Below are positions 22,723 to 32,934 of a stretch of 64,000 bases of DNA, piece after piece (the stretch's first letter is position 1; each line of letters begins with the position of its first letter). The position numbers and the translations under genes were made by a program. The stretch lies in the IMG/VR virus record IMGVR_UViG_3300042691_038938. One strand, 5' to 3'. The notes beneath the pieces were generated by a model. It was not told the origin of the DNA. It worked only from the letters and a program-made list of their open reading frames with translations, and did no database searches. The stretch comes from a virus (Duplodnaviria > Caudoviricetes).

Positions 22723-23329
22723 ATTTAATATCAGTTGATTCCAATAGTGTATATGAAAAAGCATTTCCATGAATCTTAGAGGCTTTTCTACAAATAGCCA
22801 TAAAAGCATCAAAATCCTTCACTCTTTTAAATACTTGACACCCTTCTGACCAGTTTTCTACCCAAGTAGAATCTTGTCCAGCCTTATGGATGTTTATTCC
22901 AAACATTCCAGTATCAGTCGTATTTTCCTCAAACACTAAATCGCGATTAGCGTCTCTCCAAACAGTCACGTTTCCGTTTCTTTGACAAAGAGCATCATAC
23001 TTTCCTTGATGTTTGTCAATCTTCCATACTCCTCGATACTGTCCAGGAACAAGCCTAGCGACTCCTTTTTTATTATGGAACTCCTGAACTCCCTTTTTTC
23101 CAGGATCACAAGTTGCCATCCAACAGAAAAACTGCTTTACTCCATTTTCATCTTTATATGAAATCGTCAAGTGATCATCAAATACGTTAGTTACCTTTTT
23201 GTATACTGCTGGAGAGGTGTTTCTTACTCCAATAATGTTCACGTCATAAGTCTTGTTTGAAGCATCCTCAAACCACTTATAGCCTTTTGCTTTGACTGCG
23301 GCCTCGACCTGTTCTCTTGTATAGCACAT
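22721..23329 (-). CDS. Putative L,D-transpeptidase-like (YkuD-fold) cell-wall enzyme, candidate lysin
   Basis: GINIHKAG...WSEGCQV resembles the H..S-x-G-C catalytic motif; late promoter at 23345-23351. Confidence 0.5.
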   Translation of the reverse strand: MCYTREQVEAAVKAKGYKWFEDASNKTYDVNIIGVRNTSPAVYKKVTNVFDDHLTISYKDENGVKQFFCWMATCDPGKKGVQEFHNKKGVARLVPGQYRGVWKIDKHQGKYDALCQRNGNVTVWRDANRDLVFEENTTDTGMFGINIHKAGQDSTWVENWSEGCQVFKRVKDFDAFMAICRKASKIHGNAFSYTLLESTDIK

Positions 23330-23358
23330 AATTTAATTGCGTTTTATTTATTTATTTG

Positions 23359-24291
23359 TTAAAGAGCGGTGATTCCAGCAGCAGACTCAGCTCTACCTGT
23401 ACCAGCATCCCTAGAATTGATTATTCTATTGGGTTTTACCCAATCTTTTAGCCCAATGTAAAATCCATCCTTAAGCGAATCGGTGACTTCAAATTTATTT
23501 AAGATTTCTTCTGTATTTGAGTACCCTGCCTCTTCTAACTTAGATTTAATCTCGTCACTGGTGTATTTCTTATCATCAAGGTCAGGTTCGTCTACCGCCT
23601 GGTACCAGTCAAGATATTGATAGATGCCTGACTCCTGATCAGATGTATCTATGTGTTCTGTAGTATTTTCACTATTGTTACGGGAGATGATGTTTTCTAA
23701 GTATTTATCAAGAGGTGTAAAGATGAGTACGTCCTTGATTTTATCTGAGTCGTAATAGTTTTTAATAGCATCACCTACATCATCAAAAAGAATGGTCTTG
23801 GCAGAGAGTAATGCTGCTGCCCATGCCATTGCGCTAACTCGACCGTCTCCCTGTCTGCCACCCATTTTTCTTATGGTTGACTTGCACTTTTCTGGATCGT
23901 ATCCTGCGATCCTCTCGATCTCCTCATACTTTGATTTTTCTTCTGGGCTTGCCTCTTCTTCCCATTCCTTAAACTTATCATCGTATAATTTTATCACGTG
24001 AGGAGAGTCTGTCTCAGCTGCGATTTTAGCAAGAGTCGGCATTCCGGCTTCTTCTACCAGTTTGATGAAGGCTGGTCCTACTTCAGGATTATTAAAGTTA
24101 TCAGTTCCGACTAATACTGTTTCAGCATCAAGATCATCATACCAGTGCTTCGCACCCAATTGATTCATTGCAAAATAAGTCTTGCCTGATGCACTTGGAC
24201 CTGAGAGCAATATAAGATCCTTTTGATCTAAATTAAACTCACGAGCTTCATATAATGCTACCCACCTAGTGTAATTTAATAAGTACTTCAT
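23359..24291 (-). CDS. P-loop NTPase/kinase-like late protein
   Basis: LSGPSASGKT Walker A, ILFDDV; MKYLLNYTRWVALYEA tag; late promoter at 24339-24345. Confidence 0.6.
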   Translation of the reverse strand: MKYLLNYTRWVALYEAREFNLDQKDLILLSGPSASGKTYFAMNQLGAKHWYDDLDAETVLVGTDNFNNPEVGPAFIKLVEEAGMPTLAKIAAETDSPHVIKLYDDKFKEWEEEASPEEKSKYEEIERIAGYDPEKCKSTIRKMGGRQGDGRVSAMAWAAALLSAKTILFDDVGDAIKNYYDSDKIKDVLIFTPLDKYLENIISRNNSENTTEHIDTSDQESGIYQYLDWYQAVDEPDLDDKKYTSDEIKSKLEEAGYSNTEEILNKFEVTDSLKDGFYIGLKDWVKPNRIINSRDAGTGRAESAAGITAL

Positions 24292-24357
24292 TTTCTAGTC
24301 AATTTTAATAAAAAAGGAGACCCAAAGATCTCCTTTCATATTTATAAGCAATAGTCA

Positions 24358-27357
24358 TTAGAAGCTCGGTATAAATCCAGTAGAATCTGAACTTAACGTT
24401 CCTCCAACTCTTGTGATAGTGATTCGGTTGATGAACTTTTGAATTCCTCTTGGGAAGTCTACTCGAATATCAATGATTGCTGCATTTGCAGAGATCACCT
24501 CGTTCGTATTATTTGAAGAATCAAATATCACTTCAAAAGAGTTGACTCCTCGGGCATTCAATACTGCCGTCATGTAGTTTTCAACGATAGTTCTTACTCT
24601 TAGTCTTGTGATCTCATCATTGAAATCAAACAAGAAGTTGAACAAGATCTTCTCAATGTCTCTCTCGATAGTCGATAAGTTATCTCTAACGTGAGCGTTG
24701 TTAAGAGCTGAATTGATTCTTTGGTATGCAGTGTTATTAGAGAATAGGATGATTCCAAATCCTCTACGTTTAACTGTCAAGTTGAATCCAGCTGGCTCCA
24801 AGTAATCTCTGTCCTCGTCAGTAAGATCGTATTCTAATCCTACTACTTCAGGATCTGTGATTGCTCCACGTTTTCCTCCAGCTACGATCAAGAAAGGAGT
24901 TCCGTTCTTGAATTTTCTAACGTATAAGTTAGAGATGTAACCAGCTTGTGGAACCGAGATGTTCTTGCTTCCACTTCTAACTATCAAGTTAGGGAAGTGA
25001 TAAGAAGCATAAGAAGATAGAGGAACTCCCTTAACATCCTCTTCAGCAAACTTAAACGTGAAGCTTGGATTTAAAGAAAGATCTCCACCTTGAGAGATAT
25101 ACTCAGTTGAAACCAATTTAGTAGTTCTATTGATGAAGCTAGGATCTACTGATTTCTCAAACTGCTGAACAGATGGAGCGTTTAGTAGAGCCATTGCTTG
25201 GCCGTTAAGAGCAGCTAACTTAGCTAAGTGATACTTAGAAGATGCAGAGATTGTTCCAGCATAAGAGTCAACCACGTATCTAAAGTCTACAACTTCTCCG
25301 TTTGCTAAGGTCTGTGGAATTGAAGTCGAAGTGAAAAGGTAATCTAAGATTCCGCCTGTTCCTTCAAGTCTTTCAGCAGTTCCATTAGGAAGAAGATCAT
25401 TACGAAGAGCAAAAGGTTTCAAGTTTTGTCCCTTTAAGCTTGTCGCAAAGTTATAGATTCCTTTGTAAACTGAAACCTCATTTCCAGTTGTGTCTAGTCC
25501 TTGAACCTCATCTACACTAGGTGCCATTGTAGTCACAGTGTAAGTCAAAGTATAAGGGCTAAGCTCCTCAGCTTGAGAGACTGAGATGATTTTTAGCAAT
25601 CGTGGACGAACTGATCCGGTGATCTTTGCTTTGATAAAGTTATTCACCTTAATGAATTCGTCGATCTTAGCTTTGTTTGCTGTGTTCGCAGTATTGATTC
25701 CCAAAATCAGCTTATTAGGCTGTATGATATCGTAGCTAGTAAAGAAGTTAGTATCAGTAAGATCAAAAATGTGCTTGAATTCTTCACCAGAATCTAAAAT
25801 GATCTTTACATAGTCTTCTGTGTCAGGTCCAGTGTAATAGTTAACACTCACTTGATTCAATAAAGAAATGTCTTGGAAGATAAGAATCTTAATATAAGGA
25901 ATGGTTCCATTCAAGAAGTTATCAAGCACTTTAACATAATAAGTGTTAGATCCATCGACCATTTCATCACCAGTCTGAATGAATCCCATCATGTACGACT
26001 CATATAACTTACTTCCTTTAGTCGCAACTAAGTAAGAATCACCAACGAGTGGAGTCACTTCATAAAGGTCTCCTTCTTGGATAGGAAGAGTGTTTCCGTT
26101 ATCCTGGAATCCAGCGTTGAATGAAGATTCATTTAATACTCCGACTACCGATGGATTATTTGATAACATAAAGATAAGCTCTCCATCAGAAGGCTTAGCG
26201 TAACTTAATGTGTTAATCAATGGAGTTGAAAGCTGAGTAGTTAAGTCAGTATCGTATCCAAAATCATCAGCTGCATAAGAATCTAGTGAATCTAATTCAT
26301 CAAATCCGTGTCCAACTAAGTCAATTCTATGAGTAGTGACGTCTTGATCAGCGAATGACGTGTTAGTCAAGTCAATCAAGTCTAGTTTTTCAATGTCTAA
26401 TGCACAAAGAATTCCAGTAGTAGGATATGCACGATTTACTAATCTATCGATAGAAACAGTAACTCCGCTCTGGTCTCTAAAATCAGGAATTAAACATCCG
26501 ATTGTTCTTGTAATTACTTTGATCTCTCTTAATGCAAAGAAATCAGATGCTTTAGCAGATTTTAGTCCTACTGAATCAAAAAACTGGCTGTATACTGGGT
26601 CTTTTGAAAGTTTCAAATAATTAGACCAGTCACCGCTAATCATGATTACTTCAACGAAATAATCAGCGATAAAATCATCAGGGTGAACAAATTCAGGAAA
26701 TTCTGTTCCTGCGCCAGCAACATTTGAATACCATTCTTTTGCAGTTACGTCATATCCTGTAATAGCTGCTTTTCTTACCCAAATCGTAGCATTATTGTAT
26801 CCTAAGTTAGCAAAGGAAAGAATTTTATTCGCATCAATTGAAGTTATTCCAAATCCTCCAGGGTTAGTGATGTAATCATCACCTAAGGAAATATTCTTTG
26901 ACTTGTTTAACTCATCAGCAGATGCAAACCATAATCTTTGACGATTAAAGAAGTTAACCGCTGGCCATGCATCAGGTACAGCATCCGAGTTATTTGAAGA
27001 AGCTTCAGTATTGAACGTAGTGTAATACGCTAGGTCCAAGTTTAACGCAGGATCTTCCTCAATGTCTAAAGGCATAACGTTTAGAGCAAAAACAGGTCCT
27101 TCTCTAAGAGCGACTTCAATCGTTCTATGGAAGTAACTTCCTGCTTTTTCTAGTTTTGGATCGATCTCTCCAAATACTGCTTTTAGGGTTCTAACGTCGT
27201 TAATTAACACAACAGTATTGTAGGGTCCTACTCGGCTAGATCCGACAACAAGTCGGCCGGTCGTAAGAGGCAAGACGATGTTCTCGCTCGCGTCTATCTC
27301 AACCGTGTAAACACCGCTTGACTTGTAATTGTTCAGGTTTATCCTTGGTTCAGCCAT
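24358..27357 (-). CDS. Tail sheath protein (gp18-like, with large insertion)
   Basis: YKSSGVYTVEID N-terminus; PFLIVAGGKRG, C-terminal ...VRDNL..IERDIEK..FLFDFNDEITR..FEVIFDSSNNT; late promoter at 27380-27386. Confidence 0.92.
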   Translation of the reverse strand: MAEPRINLNNYKSSGVYTVEIDASENIVLPLTTGRLVVGSSRVGPYNTVVLINDVRTLKAVFGEIDPKLEKAGSYFHRTIEVALREGPVFALNVMPLDIEEDPALNLDLAYYTTFNTEASSNNSDAVPDAWPAVNFFNRQRLWFASADELNKSKNISLGDDYITNPGGFGITSIDANKILSFANLGYNNATIWVRKAAITGYDVTAKEWYSNVAGAGTEFPEFVHPDDFIADYFVEVIMISGDWSNYLKLSKDPVYSQFFDSVGLKSAKASDFFALREIKVITRTIGCLIPDFRDQSGVTVSIDRLVNRAYPTTGILCALDIEKLDLIDLTNTSFADQDVTTHRIDLVGHGFDELDSLDSYAADDFGYDTDLTTQLSTPLINTLSYAKPSDGELIFMLSNNPSVVGVLNESSFNAGFQDNGNTLPIQEGDLYEVTPLVGDSYLVATKGSKLYESYMMGFIQTGDEMVDGSNTYYVKVLDNFLNGTIPYIKILIFQDISLLNQVSVNYYTGPDTEDYVKIILDSGEEFKHIFDLTDTNFFTSYDIIQPNKLILGINTANTANKAKIDEFIKVNNFIKAKITGSVRPRLLKIISVSQAEELSPYTLTYTVTTMAPSVDEVQGLDTTGNEVSVYKGIYNFATSLKGQNLKPFALRNDLLPNGTAERLEGTGGILDYLFTSTSIPQTLANGEVVDFRYVVDSYAGTISASSKYHLAKLAALNGQAMALLNAPSVQQFEKSVDPSFINRTTKLVSTEYISQGGDLSLNPSFTFKFAEEDVKGVPLSSYASYHFPNLIVRSGSKNISVPQAGYISNLYVRKFKNGTPFLIVAGGKRGAITDPEVVGLEYDLTDEDRDYLEPAGFNLTVKRRGFGIILFSNNTAYQRINSALNNAHVRDNLSTIERDIEKILFNFLFDFNDEITRLRVRTIVENYMTAVLNARGVNSFEVIFDSSNNTNEVISANAAIIDIRVDFPRGIQKFINRITITRVGGTLSSDSTGFIPSF

Positions 27358-27473
27358 TTCTGTGTAGATATTTTTAGTTTATTTATCTAAATTTATAGCA
27401 ACAAATCCAAAAAATTTGAAAAATTAAGATCCTCTGGCCCGTTTCTAGTATAATATAACAAATACTGTGTATA

Positions 27474-27941
27474 ATGGCAAACGTAGACAACACTTGTGCT
27501 GACTTAGAGATTGAAGATCTTTACTCAAAAAGCACCGATACTTTAGGCGACATCATGGCTCTCCAAAAGGACACTCAAAACAACGTTTATGGATGGGATT
27601 TTGAGGGCATGACTCTTCGAGAGATCATGTCATTTTGGCACGCAAATACTCACGCAATGGTCGATGAGATTCATGAAGCGACTGATGCATTGGGAGGAAT
27701 CAAAGACGGAAGCGGAAACGCCATTTGGAAATATTGGAAGAAGGACTTTGAAAAGTACAGTTTCATGAAATTCTCAGATCTTTCCGAGACTGATCAGCTT
27801 GAAGCAAAATTTGAAATCATTGACATGCTTCATTTTTTTATGAATTACGCAATCTCAATCGGAATGACTCCTCAGGAGATGTACAACATGTACATGTCTA
27901 AGAATAAGGAGAACAGAGATCGTCAATCTAGAGGCTATTAA
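27474..27941 (+). CDS. T4 gp56-like dCTPase/dUTPase
   Basis: WKYWK and DQLEAKFEIIDMLHFFMN...KNKENRDRQSRGY closely parallel T4 gp56 (DQLEIKFELVDIFHF...KNKHNFERQDNGY, recalled). Confidence 0.85.
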   Translation: MANVDNTCADLEIEDLYSKSTDTLGDIMALQKDTQNNVYGWDFEGMTLREIMSFWHANTHAMVDEIHEATDALGGIKDGSGNAIWKYWKKDFEKYSFMKFSDLSETDQLEAKFEIIDMLHFFMNYAISIGMTPQEMYNMYMSKNKENRDRQSRGY

Positions 27942-27983
27942 TTTTAATAGTTACCATAAATTTAGTAAAATAACCCCAATACA

Positions 27984-28214
27984 ATGGATACAATCCCAGG
28001 CGGAGGTGGACAACCTCAATTAAACATTAACTTAGCTGATGCTCCATACATGGAGTGTGAAGAGTGTCAAGGAAAGCTTTTTGAAGAAAAGATGATGATC
28101 AAAAAGGTTTCTAAATTCATGACTGGCTCCGATCAGGACTCAATCGTCCCAATTCCAGTCATCGCTTGCGCTAAGTGTGGACACGTAAACGAATTATTTA
28201 AACCAAAAGTATGA
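27984..28214 (+). CDS. Small zinc-ribbon protein
   Basis: CEEC...CAKC. Confidence 0.7.
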   Translation: MDTIPGGGGQPQLNINLADAPYMECEECQGKLFEEKMMIKKVSKFMTGSDQDSIVPIPVIACAKCGHVNELFKPKV

Positions 28215-29629
28215 TAGTAGGATCTGAAGTATTGAATGATGGAACTTTTCTAGTCTCTTATTATGATGAGAACGGTAAAACCGCTTTCATGAAGAAGAGG
28301 TTAGCTGACCATGAGCTCTATAACTGGGTCGAATCTTCTAATCCAACTGCTACTCGCAATTGGGATGGGAAGTTCGTCAAACGTGGAATGAGCGCCGGCC
28401 AATACATCAATCAATTTAGGATCCAAGAACTAATTCGTGAAAAACTCACAGCCGAGGAGATCGCAGCAGTCTATAACCAAGATAACTTTCCTAAAAAGAC
28501 TTACCTCGATATCGAGATCAAGCTAATAGACGATAGCTTTCCAGAACCAGATAAAGCTCGAATGCCAGTAGGTCTTATCTCCTTTTGTAATGAGGATAAC
28601 GTCACCTACATTCTTTCTATTCTTAACTCTGAAGATCAGCCTGACGGTTTGACTCAAGATCAGATAACTCAGATGGAAAAGGACGTGAACGATTACTTTA
28701 GAAAGACCGTTCCTCTTAGAGAAGCCGACCGTGCACTATTTGAGCAAGATTTTAAGATCAAATACAAGTTCTTCAAGACTGAGGAAGAGTTAATGGAATT
28801 CTATTTTCATCGAATCATGCCGCATTTCTCATTTGTTACTGGATGGAATGTGACTGAATTTGACTGGAAGTATCTCATGAATCGAGCCAAAAACATCAAA
28901 GTCGATGCAATGGCAACCATGCCGACTAAATCTACTTTCTCAAAGGTAAAGATACCAACTCACCTAGGAGTTCTCGATTACATGCAAGTCTTTGAAAAGC
29001 TCAAGCCTTATAAAGTCGTTGAGAATTACAAGTTAGACTATATTGCAGAACTCGTCCTAGGTACCGCCAAATTGAAGCACGATTACTCATCATTCATAGA
29101 GTTTCAAAAAGATACTTATCTCTTTACTATGTATAACGTGATTGACGTCATCCTAGTAAAACTAATTGAAGATAAGCTTTCAATCCTAGATGTTGCCTTT
29201 GAGATGTCTAACGTTGCCCAAGTCGATGTGAATAAAGTATTTAGTCCAGTACACATTGCAGAGCTTCTAATGTGTCGTGAATTTCTAAATAAGAATCTTA
29301 AAATGATGAAGCTCCCTTGGGGAGAAGAGGTACTCGATGCGACCTATGCTGGTGCATACGTTAAGGATCCTATTCCAGGTTACTATAACGCGATCGCATG
29401 TTATGACTTCTCTTCAATGTATCCAAACATTCAGATTCAATTCAATATCTCACCAGACACTTATTTAGGCAAGATTGATAAAGTAAAGAAGGATGGAACC
29501 GAGATCCATACTAAAAACGATACCATGTTTTCAAGCAAATCAGACTCTGTTGCTCGAACAATACTGACTCGACTCTATGATGAAAGAATCAAGACACAAG
29601 GGGAGATCAAAAAACTTAAAAACTCATAA
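28211..29629 (+). CDS. Family B DNA polymerase, N-terminal half (exonuclease + palm motif A); split gene
   Basis: YLDIE, GWNVTEFD, YNVIDV, YAGAYVKDP, DFSSMYP, NISPDT; ends before motifs B and C. Confidence 0.9.
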   Translation: MIVGSEVLNDGTFLVSYYDENGKTAFMKKRLADHELYNWVESSNPTATRNWDGKFVKRGMSAGQYINQFRIQELIREKLTAEEIAAVYNQDNFPKKTYLDIEIKLIDDSFPEPDKARMPVGLISFCNEDNVTYILSILNSEDQPDGLTQDQITQMEKDVNDYFRKTVPLREADRALFEQDFKIKYKFFKTEEELMEFYFHRIMPHFSFVTGWNVTEFDWKYLMNRAKNIKVDAMATMPTKSTFSKVKIPTHLGVLDYMQVFEKLKPYKVVENYKLDYIAELVLGTAKLKHDYSSFIEFQKDTYLFTMYNVIDVILVKLIEDKLSILDVAFEMSNVAQVDVNKVFSPVHIAELLMCREFLNKNLKMMKLPWGEEVLDATYAGAYVKDPIPGYYNAIACYDFSSMYPNIQIQFNISPDTYLGKIDKVKKDGTEIHTKNDTMFSSKSDSVARTILTRLYDERIKTQGEIKKLKNS

Positions 29630-29630
29630 A

Positions 29631-29858
29631 ATGGCAAAACCTATACTAGTAGTTGCATTTCCAGTACAAGTAGAGCTAGATGAAATATCTGCAGTAATCA
29701 TACCTCTTGAACGTAGGCTCACTGATTACCACGTCATCGCATATCGAGCATCAGACATAACTGAATTAAATCTTAAAGTTCTCAATCCTGGAGAGTCTTC
29801 TGATCTTGATATTGAGGCTCTTAAAAAACAAATCAAAGAAAAAATCTTTAAACAATAA
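29631..29858 (+). CDS. Hypothetical protein
   Basis: Likely start MAKPILVV at 29631 directly after the polymerase stop. Confidence 0.6.
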   Translation: MAKPILVVAFPVQVELDEISAVIIPLERRLTDYHVIAYRASDITELNLKVLNPGESSDLDIEALKKQIKEKIFKQ

Positions 29859-29860
29859 AT

Positions 29861-30166
29861 ATGAACACACCAGAAAATTTTATCAATTGGCTTGAGGGAT
29901 TCCTCGATGCATGTAAAAACAAACCAACTGCTCCTCAAATCAAGGAGATCAGAAAGAAGATATCAGATATCAAACCCTCAAGTGGTGATACTTATCAAGC
30001 TCTTTGGAATCCAAATGTTGAACCCATGCCTATGAATAGTTTCCCAACTATAGGACTAGTTCAACCAGACAGTATTGAACCAAATAATGGCCCACTAGAT
30101 GAAGCGTTTATGGCAGAAATTGAAAAAAGAAAGTCCGCTACTACAATGGACGAGCTTTTTGACTAA
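29861..30166 (+). CDS. Hypothetical protein
   Basis: MNTPENFINWLEGF, an N-terminus common in phage proteins. Confidence 0.6.
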   Translation: MNTPENFINWLEGFLDACKNKPTAPQIKEIRKKISDIKPSSGDTYQALWNPNVEPMPMNSFPTIGLVQPDSIEPNNGPLDEAFMAEIEKRKSATTMDELFD

Positions 30167-30182
30167 AAAAAATAAGAAGAAG

Positions 30183-30830
30183 ATGAATGAGGATAAGTTG
30201 ATTTCTCTTATGGAGAACTTCACTGGTCAGAAATTCCAGTGGATCAAAACAAATAGACCTGAACTTTTAGGTAAGGTCGTGACTTGTAGAAATATTGAGC
30301 CTAGAGGAGATCGCTTTTTTGCTCAATTTGATGATGGGTCATCAGTGGACACCGCTCAATTAAACTCTAATCTTTTAATGATTAGCGGTGACATGCATCC
30401 TTTAACTAAAGCGGAAGTCGAGGCGATTTCAGGTCCACGTCGACCCACTACTTCTCCTGCCCAACAAAGACATTCTGCCGCACAACCTGCATCACAACAG
30501 ACTTCTCCACACATGGGAGCTCAGCCTGCGAATCAGCCAGTCTCTCATGCAGGCCCTAAAGCCAATATGTTTGACATGTTTAGTTCAGAAAACAGTCAGA
30601 TCAGTCTAAGCCTTCTAGTAAAGCTTCCAGACAAGAAGCTATTAAAGCTTATGTACACTAACGCTGAAGACAAGGAGAAGTTTTTAGAAGAACTTTCTGA
30701 GTACGTTTTTCGTGAGATAAATAAAACTGTAGTGAAGGAAGCCGTTTCTTCTATAGTAGTTCCTCCTGGACAGACTAAAAGAGAACGCACTGGACCTACT
30801 ATAACAGTGAACGAGATCCATGAAACTTGA
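30183..30830 (+). CDS. Hypothetical protein with Pro/Gln-rich linker
   Basis: ORF-track frame 30099..30830; likely start MNEDKL at 30183. Confidence 0.6.
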   Translation: MNEDKLISLMENFTGQKFQWIKTNRPELLGKVVTCRNIEPRGDRFFAQFDDGSSVDTAQLNSNLLMISGDMHPLTKAEVEAISGPRRPTTSPAQQRHSAAQPASQQTSPHMGAQPANQPVSHAGPKANMFDMFSSENSQISLSLLVKLPDKKLLKLMYTNAEDKEKFLEELSEYVFREINKTVVKEAVSSIVVPPGQTKRERTGPTITVNEIHET

Positions 30831-31377
30831 TGCTTTTAACCAGACTGAAGAATACTCTGACGGAACCTATAAGGTTTTAAACTTTACCGGAGATAAGGGA
30901 AAATTCAAAAGAATTTCTTGTTCAAAGGAAGCAATATGTTTGCTTCCTTTTGACGTTAATGAAGACGGTAAGATCAAGAATGTGTATCTTGCTAAATACC
31001 ATGACTATGTCCTAGATGGACAGAACCACCGGTGTATCACAACTAGCCTGGAGCCTGATGATTTTGAGACCTATCATGATTCTTTGATCAGCTGTATTGA
31101 CCGTGAGTTAGGATTAGATGACGTTGAAGTCAATGACTTATATTATTTAGGCCAAGTTAGACACACTATCCCATTTACTAAGAATTATAAGTGTTACGCA
31201 GTAAATGTGACTAATTATTCAGAAGATCCTACTGGATTTACTCCTAAGCTATCGGATCCAACTGATAAGCTTCACTCTATCGATAAGGTACGATTTAGCA
31301 GAGTCATTAATGGAGAGATCTGTGATTCTTTAACTTTGTCCTGTGCGATTTTACTCATTTCTTACCTTTCTGAGTAG
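30820..31377 (+). CDS. Degenerate Nudix-fold protein
   Basis: ICLLPFD...YLAKY...SCIDRELGL...DLYYLG, like ADP-ribose pyrophosphatase Nudix layout with an eroded Nudix box. Confidence 0.5.
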   Translation: MKLDAFNQTEEYSDGTYKVLNFTGDKGKFKRISCSKEAICLLPFDVNEDGKIKNVYLAKYHDYVLDGQNHRCITTSLEPDDFETYHDSLISCIDRELGLDDVEVNDLYYLGQVRHTIPFTKNYKCYAVNVTNYSEDPTGFTPKLSDPTDKLHSIDKVRFSRVINGEICDSLTLSCAILLISYLSE

Positions 31378-31421
31378 AACTTTTATCCTTTTTTAAGTAA
31401 AAGATAAAAAAATAGATAAAC

Positions 31422-32618
31422 ATGGCAAAAGTGAATGACGCTATCTCAGCGTTCAACAAATTCAATGACCTCCTTGAAAAGAAAGTAAAATCGAAAGTTT
31501 CCTTAATGGGATTTTCGGACATCGATGAGTACATTCCTACTGGAAACTATTTACTAAATGCTCAAATCTCAGGTTCAGTATTTGGCGGTTATCCAAACAC
31601 ACGTAGCATAGGCATTGCTGGTGATTCTGGCGCAGGAAAGACTTTCTTGTGTCTAAACGCTGTACGAGAGCTTCAAAAGAAAGATTATTTCGTCTTTTAT
31701 ATAGATACTGAGGGAGCAATCGACAGATCAGACTACATCAAGTTTGGAGTAGACCTAGAGAAATTAAAGTATCTTCGTATGGGTCTAATCAGCGACGTCA
31801 AGTTCTTTATCAATGACTTTATTGATACGATGAAGGAGAACCCTGGACTTAAAGCAGCAATCTTTGTTGATTCAGTTGGAATGCTTGATACTGATAAAAG
31901 CAAGAGAGACATGGACGCTGGTAAAAATGCAGCAGACATGGGACTAAGATCTAAGGAGCTTCGTGCGATGTTTAAGTCATTTACCCTAGATCTTTCAAAC
32001 TTGAAAGTTCCATTCCTGTTTACCAATCATACGTATGCCTCAATGGATCAGTATACTCCTAAAGGAATGTCTGGAGGAGGCGGTCCTGAGTTTTCAGCCT
32101 CAATCATCTTGATGTTAAGTAAAGGAACTTTGCGTGATGAGACCAAGACTACTACTGGAATCATTGTTAGATCCAAGACTAGAAAGAATCGATTAGCTAA
32201 GCCTATCGATATCGAGTTTCACATCTCCTTTCATAAGGGAATGAATCAATTTGTCGGCCTTGAGCAATTCGTGAGTTGGGAAAACTGTGGAGTAGGTAGA
32301 GGAAATAAACTTACTGAAAAGGAGTTCTCAAAACTTAAACCTGATGAGCAGTCTCTCTGTTCAGAGTTCGACGTCGATGGAGAAAAGTTTTATTTTCTTC
32401 CTAAGAAGCTAGGAAAGAACTATGTGATTCGACACAATGGTGACTTAGTACCAGTAAAAGATTTCTTTTCAGCTCGTCTCTTTACTCAAGAGGTCTTACA
32501 GGAATTAGATGAAAAAGTAATCAAGCCAACTTTTAAGTTTCCTGAATCTCAAGACGAAATAGATCTTTTAGAGAATGATGAACTTGGAAATTTGACCGAC
32601 GATGAGGACTCGCTCTAA
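31422..32618 (+). CDS. uvsX: UvsX/RecA-like recombinase
   Basis: PTGNYLLN, AGDSGAGKT, IDTEGA, FVDSVG, FTNHTY, GGGG. Confidence 0.92.
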   Translation: MAKVNDAISAFNKFNDLLEKKVKSKVSLMGFSDIDEYIPTGNYLLNAQISGSVFGGYPNTRSIGIAGDSGAGKTFLCLNAVRELQKKDYFVFYIDTEGAIDRSDYIKFGVDLEKLKYLRMGLISDVKFFINDFIDTMKENPGLKAAIFVDSVGMLDTDKSKRDMDAGKNAADMGLRSKELRAMFKSFTLDLSNLKVPFLFTNHTYASMDQYTPKGMSGGGGPEFSASIILMLSKGTLRDETKTTTGIIVRSKTRKNRLAKPIDIEFHISFHKGMNQFVGLEQFVSWENCGVGRGNKLTEKEFSKLKPDEQSLCSEFDVDGEKFYFLPKKLGKNYVIRHNGDLVPVKDFFSARLFTQEVLQELDEKVIKPTFKFPESQDEIDLLENDELGNLTDDEDSL

Positions 32619-32934
32619 TCTTCCTATAAAGTACTATTTAGGGCTTCATAATGAGGAAGGACTAAGTGATAAGTTTTCCATTCTTTTTGAGATCTCACAA
32701 TACTTAATTAGGGTCCATGAATCCAAAGGAAAGACTCTTGATATAGAATCAATGAAGTTCTCGTCTAAATCTCTAAAATATGTTTTTGGAGATAGGATAA
32801 AAGATGAAACCTTTAAGTTAACTCTAGTTAAATCATTAAAGGAACTTATTTCTGACGAGTATATTAGACCTCAGGGAGATTTCATGTTCTTTACTAAAAA
32901 AAGCATAACACATTTTTACATCATAAATGATTGA
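32602..32934 (+). CDS. Hypothetical protein (possibly winged-helix) between recombinase and helicase
   Basis: 110-aa ORF overlapping both neighbours. Confidence 0.55.
   Translation: MRTRSNLPIKYYLGLHNEEGLSDKFSILFEISQYLIRVHESKGKTLDIESMKFSSKSLKYVFGDRIKDETFKLTLVKSLKELISDEYIRPQGDFMFFTKKSITHFYIIND

Noticed and set aside
29600-29680. Stop-codon readthrough or frameshift completing polymerase motif B (KKLKNS*NG looks like KxxxNSxYG)
   Set aside because: The readthrough frame gives NG instead of YG, stops again after ~17 codons and has no YGDTDS; the next gene starts cleanly at 29631.
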